Shown here piece after piece: positions 52,949 to 64,000 of a stretch of DNA of 64,000 nucleotides. The notes beneath the pieces were generated by a model. That model was given only the letters and a program-made list of their open reading frames with translations. It was not told where the DNA came from and did not search any database. This stretch comes from Camelus ferus (taxonomy: Eukaryota): NCBI RefSeq assembly GCF_009834535.1, contig NC_045696.1, positions 3,598,001-3,662,000 on the forward strand, in the 5' to 3' direction. The position numbers and the translations under genes were made by a program. The first letter of the stretch is position 1, and each line of letters starts with the position of its first letter.

Positions 52949-53903
52949 CAGGCTGGGTGGAGGCCGGTGGCACAGGGAGCCTCTGGGGCTCCCTGGGGAA
53001 TGTCACAAGGCCAGCACTCAGGGTCTGGTGGCAGCAGAGGGTCTGTCCCCTCACAGGGGTATTTGCAGAGGAAGACTGGGCTTCATGGGGCTTGCTTTAT
53101 TTTGATAGTGAAGGTGGCAGAGAGAATTTATTAGTGAGACCTTTGGTTTTTCACCAGACTGCTCCCAGTCTGGATTCTCTCTAGGATCTGCTAAAACCAG
53201 GTACCTGGCCTGGCCCCCTGGGAGGCCCCTGCAGCGGCACCCCACTGGGTCAGGGGTCATTTCCAAGCACCACGACCGAGGCCAGTTGCCCGGGTGCTGT
53301 CCAGGGTCCTGGGGATCTTCCCGACCTGGTTTTCTCATGTGCCCCGGGACCAGCCCAGACTGCACATCTAGGTTTGGGTTGTTAGGAGCTGACCTTTTCA
53401 GCTGTCGAGGTCACACCCTGGAGGACGGCACACCCTGGTCTCTCAGAGTCAAAGTCGGCGTTAAGGTCACCTCCTCTTCTTGGAGGTGCTGCTGCGCTGT
53501 TGCCTTCTCACCTGTGGGAGGGCTCCTCACCCTGGGGCAGAGATCTTAATGAAGTGAGCCCGGGACCACGGTGTCCAGCACAGCTGCTGCCTTTTCTTGT
53601 CCTAGTCGCTCTCGTCGGGGACACCGGGGAGAACGCGTGTCACTGCGGGAAGCTCTGCTGGACACGCCAGGCAGGCGCTGCGGCCAGACCGGGCTGAGGG
53701 CCCACTGCCCAGCTGCTTCAGGTTCTGCCCTTTCTCGTTGCCTGAGCCGCTGAGAGACTAGGGGACTCGACTTGGGCTGTAGGATGTGCTTTTTCTCAAT
53801 GTTGTATGAGGGGGTGCGTCTGGTCCCCCTGGACCGGCTCGTGGGAGGAGGCCACATTTCTGTGACTGTGACAGCGCTGTGTGGCCCGTTTCCTCATCTG
53901 TGA

Positions 53904-54326
<423 letters not shown>

Positions 54327-55332
54327 TAGGACACACGGCCCTCGGGAGTTCCCTGGCTTTACCCAAGCGGTTCTGCTCCCCAGCCTGTGTCTCCTCCCCG
54401 GGCCTCTGTCAGCTCGCACTTCTGGGCTTTGACCTGAAGCTTCTCTGCACATCTGGCTCCCACCGAGGGACCTCGTTTGCTTTCTCTGAAGCTCAGCCGT
54501 GTCTTACAGTTTGTAGGGGAGGGGGAGTGTCTCTGGTTTTGTGGCCTGTAGTTGAGGTTGGTGATGGGAAGAACTAGTCCTTGGCCGAGTCATACAGGCA
54601 CCTGCGGTCACTTGAGGGCATTAGTCCCCACCTGTCTTGTGGGTCCCGCTTCCTCTTGCAGATGTGCGGCCACCCCGCTGGCCTGAGCCCTGCCCACCTT
54701 CACTTGGGGGGCGTGGCCACCCCCACCCGTCTGCTTCCTGTGTTTTGCTTAGTTACCTTTTCTTGGGAGGTCTCTGAGGTTTTCTTCCCTTGAAAATAAA
54801 GCAAAGTTTTCTTGCTTTCATGCAGTGTTTTTTTTTTTAATCTCCTTTTTTCTTCTTATTTTTCCTTGTGCAATGTTTTTAAGAACAACTATGTTCATCA
54901 TGAATTAAACATTTATTAATACTCTTGAGAGGCTACAGTTTTAAGTAATTATGTTATGTATTCATTCTAGAAAAATGAGAAAATTTAAATAAGCTTTAAG
55001 AAGAATCATAAAAATTGCCCGCAAGGTCACCATCTAGAGAGAACCATGTTACTGTTTTGATACGTTCTTTCACAGTTTCTCTGCACACGTGTGTACTTTC
55101 AGTTTTTACAGACTGTGTGTGCAGTTTTACACACCTGCCCTCCTCCCATCACCCGACTGACTTTCTAAAGTGATGGTTGTGTTTGGTGCATTGGAAATGC
55201 TTTTGTTTTCAAAAGCGGAAATAAAGTTCATTTGCCTCTGCAGGAGGCACACTATTAGCAAATAAAATTAAGAACAAAGTGGGGGTCAGCAGTGGACACC
55301 CCGCCTTATGCTTTTGCGCCCCTGTCGTGCAG

Positions 55333-55557
55333 AGCACCTGTTGGGCCACTTGGAACAAGCCAAAAGTGCCCCCCCAGCTGGCCAGCAGGAGCCGGCTCCC
55401 GAGAAGGAAGCCGACGCGCCCCGGGGGGAGCCTCCCTCCCTTCCCAAGAGTGTCGGTACCACCAAAGAGCAGAAGAAAAAGCCTCGAAGGGGAAGAAAAC
55501 CCAAAGCATCCAAACCGGAGCAGCCTCTAGTCATTGTGGAAGGCAAGGAACCAGCAG
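55333..55557 (+). CDS. PRDM15: PRDM15 exon ([12 protein letters not shown]...[11 protein letters not shown]...EGKEPA)
   Basis: gtcgtgcag acceptor, CAG|gtgagg donor; 225 nt, phase 1/1. Completes the finger (HxxxH) and carries a basic NLS/AT-hook-like segment. Confidence 0.93.
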
Positions 55558-55569
55558 GTGAGGCTGGGC

Positions 55570-55770
55570 CAGGGGGAGGAGTCAGCAGATGGGGATGGAC
55601 CTGGGGGAGGAGCCATCGGGTGAGGGTGGTCCCAGGGGAGGAGCTAGCAGGTAGGCGGGGTCCTGGGGGAGGAGCCATCGGGTGAGGGTGGTCCCAGGGG
55701 AGGAGCTTGCAGGTAGGCGGGGTCCTGGGGGAGGAGCCATCGGGTGAGGGTGGTCCTGGGGGAGGAGTAA
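55570..55770. repeat. G-rich minisatellite (~61-62 nt unit built from ~31-nt halves)
   Basis: ctgggggaggagccatcgggtgagggtggtcccaggggaggagc(t)wgcaggtaggcggggtc repeated about 2.5-3 times. Confidence 0.9.
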
Positions 55771-57199
55771 CAGGAGTGGGGAAGGACCCGAGGCCGGGTT
55801 GCCTTCCTGCCAGGCAGAAAAACAGCACAGAGAGCCCTTGTGGAGAAAGAATCGAAGCCCGTCTCTCCTCTGAATCAGCTCTTTCGAGAACAACCTACAT
55901 GCAGTGCAGTTGGCACTGCGGAGCGTGCAGGCTGTGAGCTTTGACAAGTGGGTCCACCGCTGTGACCAGTTTTCAGGACAGAGAGCACTTCCATCTCCCT
56001 GGCCACTTTCTTGCCTGTCTCGGCGTGGACTGGCATTCCCCATCCCGACACTCTCTGTGCCCAGCGTCCTGCTCACAGCACGTGGGGGAGACTCATCCAC
56101 GTCAGGTTCCCCGCTGCTGCTCCTCCTTCGCTGCCGAGCATCGTTGTCCACTGTGGGTGTCCCACCGTCCGCTCCCCCATCACTTGTGGACGGGCATGCA
56201 GGTTTCCAGGCCATGGCTAAAGATTCTCTGACTGTACAGTAGCCTCAGTTGAGTTTCGAAGGACCTTAGACCCACTTTCTCGGGTGCACAGTCCCCACGA
56301 GGCCACGTCCTGCCGGTCCTAGCACGGCCTCTGCCGGAAGCACCCAGCAGCAGCGGATTCCTGGGGGGTCTCCCGTGTGAGGACCGGATGTGGTGCTCAG
56401 ATACTAGCCAGTCCCCTCGCTACCCCCTTTACTGACCCCTGGGCAGTTTTTCTTTCTGCCGTCTGCTCTCTCCCAGTCTTCCTTCTGTGAGAGTGAGAAG
56501 AAATCCTTGTTCTTTCCCAGAATTAAAGAGGAGAATTCAAGGGAGCAGCCTTCACATAATAGTCTCAGGAAAAGTGGTTTAAACTTCCCTGGACAGTCTC
56601 CCTGCGTCTCTGTGCAAGTAGAGAAGACAAGAAAGAGGTGAAAAGCTTATTAAGTGATTGTTTCACAAAGTACTCGCTGTGTTAGGAAGACGCATCACAG
56701 CGGGGGAAGTGGCTCGGTCCTTTTGTGTCATATTCCTGTGTTTCATGTGTCTGGAGCTTCAGGCCAGGCCCTCCCACTGTGGTTTTTGGTATTTGACTCT
56801 TGTACAAAATGGTCATCTGCGTGTGAGCGCACTCAGGATGGCTTGTATAATTATTAAAACTGGTATTTCCAAATCTCTTAATAAGTTATAAGATCCCAGT
56901 CTGTATTAAAATGTTTTGGTTTTAGGTGGTGTGAAAAGGGATTGAAATAATGTTATCACTACTGTGATTTTAAAAAAGAATCACAGATTGTAACTCCAGT
57001 TTTAAGAGTGACATTTTGCTTTTCTAAACCTCCAGGTTAAGTGTGTGGATTCTAAAACACTGCCAGTCTCTTTTTCCCGTGAAAACCGTGCAGTCCGCGC
57101 CTACATCTTCAGCCTGGCTCTGGCCCCTTGGCCGTGTCCCCTGGGTTGGGTTGTTCCAGCCCCGGTGGTGACACAGCTTGTCCCCTCCCCTTCACACAG

Positions 57200-57320
57200 A
57201 GCAAGTGGCAGAGATCATGACCGAGGTGGAGCCTGTGACCGCCACGCCGGACGAGCGGATCATGGAGCTGGTGCTGGGGAAGCTGGCCACCACCGCCAGC
57301 GACGCTGGCTCCGTGCCCAA
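57200..57320 (+). CDS. PRDM15: PRDM15 exon ([40 protein letters not shown])
   Basis: cccttcacacag acceptor, CAA|gtaagt donor; 121 nt, phase 1/2. Confidence 0.93.
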
Positions 57321-57497
57321 GTAAGTCTTGGCAGCAAGCCGCCCGTCTTTGGGGCAGAAGCACCGGTGGCAGCTGATGGAGCAGATGGCCTGATGAGAGG
57401 GGACTGGTTTCTTTCTTGCGGTGGGAAGTGGACATGCTTGGACAGCAGCAGGAACGTTCTGGAGCCCAGGAGTTTAATAGTGCATCCATTGTTTAAA

Positions 57498-58245
57498 CTT
57501 TTTTTATTGTCATAAAATACACATGGGTTAAAATTTATCATCAACCATTTTTAAGCATACAGTTCGGTGGTTTTAAATGCATTCACAGGAGAAGTGGCTC
57601 AGTCTTTTTCTGTCATATTCCTGTATTTCATGTGTCTAGAGCTGCAGGCCTGGGTCCTTCTTACTGTGGTTATCTGATATGTGACTCTTGTACAAAATGG
57701 TCATCTGCTTGTGAACATACTCAAGATGGCTTGTGTAATGTTAAAAACTGATAATTCCAAATCTCTCAATAAGTTACAATTCCCAGTCTACATCAAAACC
57801 TTTTGGTTTTACGTGGCACAAAAAGGGGGTGAAATAGTGTCATCACTGCTGTGGTTTTTGTTGTGCCTCCAACCGTCCAGCTCCAGAACTTTCTCACCTT
57901 CCCCAAACTCCACACATACACAGCCGTAACTCCCCCACCCCCTTCCCCGCCCCGGGTACCCACGGGCTGCTTTCCGTCTCTGTGAAGACCCTGCATGAGG
58001 CCCCTCTGCCTCCAGGCACCTGACGTAGGGGGATCGGACAGCGTCGGTCCCTCTGTGCCTGGCCCGTCTCGCTCCGCACAGTGTCCTCAAGGCACATCCC
58101 TGCTGCAGCAGGTGCCAAAATTCCCTTCCACCTCAGGCGGCATAATACGCCGTCCTGTGGACGGGCCACATTTTGTGTATCCGCTCTTCCATCAAGGACA
58201 CTTGTGTTTTCTGCCTTGGCTGTTGTGAGTAGTGCTGCTGTGATA
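57498..58245 (-). mobile_element. L1M 3' fragment split by a 265-bp non-L1 insert
   Basis: L1 text ttttttattg...catacagttcggtgg...cattcaca stops at about 57588 and resumes as ttgttgtgc...ctccagaactttctcaccttcccc at about 57858. Confidence 0.7.
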
Positions 58246-58921
58246 AAACAGTTTGAATTTCTGTAAGTTTAACACTTGGTGTTCTTCTTCTTTTTATGAA
58301 TAGAGAAAATATTTATATTTTAGTTATTATTCTTATATAATTTTTTTTGCCCTGAAGTGGAATAAACTAGGGCCCTTTCTGGAGTGTCAAAGCCTGCCTG
58401 GTCAAAACCTGCCTGGCCCTGGGTAGTCCGGGAACCTGCGGAAATCCTAAAAACAGAGCGATGTCAGAAATGGTGAATGTAGCCCATTTTCACTCTGCCT
58501 TACGCCAGAGGATATTGGTGACTTTCCATCAGAAACACATTTAATAGGGAGAAGAAATTTGAAAAATCAGGTTCAGGGGAAATAGGAACCAGGGTAGAGG
58601 TAAGACCCAGTGAAAAAGAACAGATGTGGTTACTTTAGCTGAGGCCCAGACTGAATTCCAGCTTCCTGGCAGGCAGAGCTAAAGCCCAGTAACATGTGTG
58701 GCTGGTACGTGAAAAGTTAACTGATGCCACTGCACGTTCAGGGTGTCTGTCCCCTCCAGACAGCCCAAAGCTGGAGGGACACCGGGCATGGTCCCTGCCC
58801 TGCCCCCGTCAGGCTGGGAAGATTTGAAAGGAGCTCTTTCCAAGATGATGTAACTCTGGACTTTTTCTCCAGCGACCTCGTGTCCCACCTGTCTTACCAG
58901 TGTGTGTGTCTAACCTGGCAG

Positions 58922-59103
58922 GTTCCCCCATCATCAGAGCGGCACCATCACCCTCAAGAGGAGCCTCATTCTCTCCAGCCGACACGGCATCCGGCGAAAG
59001 CTGGTCCGGCAGCTCGGGGAGCACAGGCGGGTCTACCAGTGCAGCATCTGCAGCAAGGTCTTCCAGAACAGCAGCAACCTGAGCAGGCACGTGCGCTCAC
59101 ACG
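58922..59103 (+). CDS. PRDM15: PRDM15 exon ([60 protein letters not shown]), C2H2 finger
   Basis: cctggcag acceptor, ACG|gtgagt donor; 182 nt, phase 2/1. Confidence 0.95.
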
Positions 59104-59348
59104 GTGAGTCCCTGCGGCCACGCCCCTGGGTGGGCGTCTGGGGGTGGGGAGATGGGGATGGGGGGCCCCTGTGGGGATGGGGGTGCTTGGGGGTTGGGGA
59201 CACTTCAGGGGCGGGGATGGGGGTGTCTGGGGGATGGGGGTACCTGGGGGGACAGTGATGGGGTCACCTTGAGGGGTAGGAAAAAGGAGGAGGCGCCCGT
59301 CTCCAGGTCCTCTTCTGCCTCAGTGTCGGTGCAGGGCTGCCTGTCTGA

Positions 59349-59987
<639 letters not shown>

Positions 59988-62900
59988 TGAGCGGCCGCCC
60001 GGCCCGCGCCACCCGAGCGGACGCTGCTGCCCGACCGGGTGGGAACCGTGCGCCTCCGCGGGGAGTCAAGGTGGATCCCACAGCCTCTCCTTCGACGTCC
60101 TCCTCCGTTCCGTCTGCTTTCAGGCAGCTGTTACTCACAGGTGGAAATGTTCCCGTGTAAAAAGAAGTTTATGCTCTGACTTCCTGTTATTCCACATGTT
60201 CCACTGGCCCACGTGTGAGAAGCAGGGGGTTTCATCCTCCCTGCAGCCGTGAGCGGCCGTGTAGGATTTGTTCTCCGGGCGAGAGAAGTACGCGGAGAGG
60301 TGGGGTGATGGCTGGGGGCGGGGACTTCTGCATCTTTGTCAGCTGGACCTTTCTTAACTGTCTGCTCTCCTCTGTCCCTGGATCCTGGACCCAGGCAGGG
60401 CCTGGCTGCTCCCAGGAGACCGTTTTCACTCTAAGCCTGCCTGTCTGGGGATCCACACAGGAGAGAGAGCCTCATGTGCAGTTAAAGCCGGTGTGCTTGG
60501 ACCAGCCTGTGGCTGGGAGGGGGGTCTCTCTGGGCCTGCACAAGGGTCTCAGGTCCTGTCTCTGGCCAAGCTGGTGGCTGGCATGTGCCTGATGTATTAA
60601 TCCCCGTGTGCGGCCAGGGGAACCAGTGGAGGATGCCCCATCCTGTCCCTGAGGCTGTCTCCCTGTGGGTCGTGGGTGGAGGTGCATGGCCTTGCTTCCT
60701 ACCCAGGGAGGACGGAGGTGGGGGTGGTCACTCCCTCCTCTGGGAGCCATCATACACCGGGTGGGAGGCAGGGGCCTGGGGACCAGTGGCAGTCAGCTTC
60801 GAGACCTATCAGATTTGCCTTTGACTCTGAACCCCCTTCCCATGGAGCCTCTATGTGCAGCCCTCGCACCTCTATGCTGCTTCTCGTTAAGGTGCCGGCC
60901 ACCCCACATCTCTTGGGGAGCCCTTAACCCCGTCACCTAACGCATTACCTGAATCTCCACTGGTGGCGTCCAGCGTCTGTTCCTGCAGCCTCCGCCGTAT
61001 TTTTGTTTGGTTCAGTTTATCGTTTGTTCCGCTTTGAGGGCTCCTGTTTGAAACCACGCCTGTCCCCTTCATCTGCGGGGCCCTGCTCCCACAGTGGGGC
61101 TTCTCTGAGCGGCCGGTGAGCCTGTTTCACCTGAGCTCCAGCTGCTCTGCGGGGTCCATCAGGGCATGGAGTGGCCTCGGAAGCTTCCAGATGAACTTCC
61201 AGCATGTGACCCCATCTGCTTTCTGAGCCCTGCATCCCAGGTGTTCCCAACCGTTTCCCCACTGTTTCCTCTGATGCCCTGTCTGTCGGATGGGCCTCTG
61301 CTGTATTTGTTGACGGAAGCAGGATGGCGCCCTGTGTGGCCACACTCGGTTCTGCAGGAGTGCAGGGGGCGCCATCAGACTGCAGAGAGATGCCACATCC
61401 TGTCAGGGTCTTGGGTGAGGCAGACCCTCAAAGTCCAGGAAGAGAGGATGTCCTCTTTTTACCTTTATTTCTCTGGCCACAAATGAAACAAAGTTATTAA
61501 AGAAGTCAGAGCAGCGGTTGCTACACGTCAGCAAAAGATTCTGTTAAACCAGGCGTTTGTCTGTCTTCATTGTATAGGAAGAACCAAGCAGCCCGGAATC
61601 GAAATGCAGTTTCTAATTTCAAAGGTTAGACGTTTTGTCTGGAAAACAACGGATGAAGCTGGCAACTGAGCTCATCTGCACACCGTGCTATCTGCACACT
61701 CTGGCACTTTCTTATGCTATTCACGTGCAGAGGTGTCATCCTTAGACCGTTAAGTCAAGGGTTTGTGCAGTGTTGGGGAGACGCTCTGAAATGAGCAGTC
61801 TGATAGGTTTTCTCAAGCTGTCACTGAGTGGGGCCTGTCCCGGTGTGGCCAGACGCTGGTGTAACTCGGCTAAATGGCCCTCAGGCAAGACAGGGTCCCT
61901 CAGCCTCCCGTGCAGCGGCTCCCCCCGAAACCCACCATCCCATCTCCGATGACCCTGCGCCCCTGCTCTGCACCCGAGCCCACGTGTGGGGCTGCACCTC
62001 GCAGGCCCTGTAGTTTACCAGCCTTGAGACCAAAGAAAGAGGCTGGGGCCAGCGACAGAGTCTTCAGTGGTTTATTGGACAGAGGACCTTACACAGAGGA
62101 TCCTGCAGCAACACCACACTGTGGGTGGCACACGAAGGCAGGACACGCAACAGCCTCTGCTCCTCGGGGGAGAGGGCGGCTGTGGCTGTTTACGGGGGAT
62201 TGACGTCAGGTGGGCTCATCAGGTACCGGGGAAGCCGGCAGCGGGCGCCCGCGCCTCCCAGCCCCGCAGGCTAACGACCAGCACTGGGCAGATGCTCCCC
62301 TCTGATAAACTGGCAGGTGGCTCTGTGCTGGCCTAAGGACTAGAACAAGCACTAGGTGGGGCGAGGGGCAAGCAGTTCACATGGGCAGGTATGGGTGAAG
62401 CAGGGGCTGGTCGAGCAGGAGTGGACACAGAGCAGGAGGACAGCCATCTTGGCAGGCCTGATCGTACACCACATAATAGGCGTCCGTCCTCAGTTGCTGC
62501 GTTTTGTTAAAACGTGAGCGTGGACCTGGGTCGAGGGCAGCGGGAGCGTGGGTGGGAGAGGCTGTCCTTGAGGCTGTCTGCATTCCTGAGCTGGTGACCT
62601 GTGGATACCACGGCAAGGGCAAGCCACCCGTGGTGACAGCCTGGGCACTGGACGGCTGCTTCCAGCCCGCTCTCACCAGGAGGAAGCCACATCTGCGCCA
62701 CGGGGAAACAGTTGGCGGTGGGCTCCCTCCGTGTACTGAGAGGGACTTCTCTTGGAGAGAAAGCTGAGTCCAAGGGCAACACGTGCACCTTCCACGCTGC
62801 TGGGGTCCAGGGCCAGTGGGGCCACCTGCCCGGGCTGGGGGCTCACCTTTGTGGGTGGGAAGGGGTCTTTGGTGACCTGATGGAACAGCACAGTAAGGTG

Positions 62901-63224
62901 TGGCCCTTGCCTCTGGTGGTCCCAGTCCTAAGAATCCGTGCTGAGGAAGTCGAGCAGGAAAGGAAAAAAAAAAAAAAACTTGCATTACTGAGGATCACTA
63001 AGTCACCCACACTGTCAAAAATAATAAAGTCAACAGTGATACATGAGATGGGTGGGATGTTACGTAGCCACTAAAACACGCATGGGCATGTTTGTCTGAG
63101 AAGCACACGTCCTGCACACGCACACACGTGGGTCACACGTGGGTGCGGGGGGCCGTGCAGACCCCCTCCCCGAGGGACCTACCTGCGCCGCATGTCGGGG
63201 TCACCTGGGAGAAGTTAAAACAGC

Positions 63225-63420
63225 TGCTGAGGCCTGAGCCCCCGGGGCATCGGGCAGGGGCTGGAGGCGTTTTGGTTCTAACTGCTGCCTGGGGAGGGCG
63301 CCGGGTGGGGGCTTCCGGTGGATGGAGGCCGGGGATGCTGCTTGACGTGTGGTGCGCAGGATGGCCCCACCCTGGAGAACGATCCGGCCCAGTGGTCACC
63401 CGTGCCCAGGCTGAGATTCC
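63225..63420. mobile_element. MER20-like remnant
   Basis: tggatggaggccggggatgctgct...gcgcaggatggccccac...atccggccc...gtgcccaggctgaga. Confidence 0.6.
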
Positions 63421-64000
63421 TGGACGTGGAGGTCCACTGTGCAGCCATGAGTGAGACCCCCAGTCAGAACCACTATAGAAAATGAACCTCTGCCTTCAGT
63501 CTCTGGGATTTGTGCACTTTGCAAACATTTATGGACTCTGGGGACTGATCAGTGGGCCAGAGCCAAGGACCCAGAAATTAGGGTGACAGAGTGTGTCCTT
63601 AGGCCCTTGCCCTGGAGGACACACACCTGTGTCATGCCCACCTGCACAGGTGACAAGGGCCAGGGCTCCTGGGGCTGTGGGAAGGCCAGTGGGCAGTGAG
63701 GGCTCCCTTCTGGGGCTGGTTTAGGCCACATGTCCTGGAAGGAGCAAGGTGGGCATGGTAGGGGAGGGGGAGCAGAGAACAAGTCAGAGCGGAGAGTGCG
63801 GGCTGATGGCCTGTGCTGGGTGAAGCCCTGAGACCCCCAGACTTGGGCAGAGGCAGACAACCATTGAGGTGCCCGATGGCTCTGCTGGTCGTGCCCCCAG
63901 GGAGCAGGCCTTCCAGGCTGCACCCGCTGGCTGTGGTTGGGGGCGGGATGATGGGGAGCCGAGGGGATGCTCTGGGCGCCTGGAGGGAGAGAGCAGAGTG

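Noticed and set aside
60000..64000. Next PRDM15 zinc-finger exon, or the 202-aa minus-strand ORF at 62377-62985
   Set aside because: No spliceable CxxC/HxxxH exon was found and the ORF has no recognisable domain; treated as intron.

Overview
Mammalian genomic DNA, probably camelid (inferred from a tRNA-Ala-like SINE). It carries two + strand genes in tandem. The first is the 3' part of C2CD2: 11 coding exons from 1582 to a stop at 28453, then a roughly 3.6 kb 3' UTR. The second is the 5' part of PRDM15: a CpG-island promoter at about 36.7-38.3 kb, a first exon ending at 37619, and 10 coding exons from 48000 to 59986 covering the PR zinc knuckle, PR/SET domain and first zinc fingers. The gene continues past the window. 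Every exon was read with GT-AG boundaries and consistent phases. Introns hold ordinary L1, L2, MIR, MaLR/ERVL LTR, hAT MER and microsatellite repeats; family names come from motif recognition and their boundaries are approximate. I found no novel multi-gene system. The best leads are a candidate 37-nt cassette exon in the last C2CD2 intron that would remove the polybasic C-terminus while escaping NMD, a ~265-bp local duplicate inserted inside an L1 next to a PRDM15 exon, and a PRDM15 upstream in-frame ATG lying inside a ZNF143/THAP11-type motif. Gene identities rest on recalled human protein sequences, not on a search.
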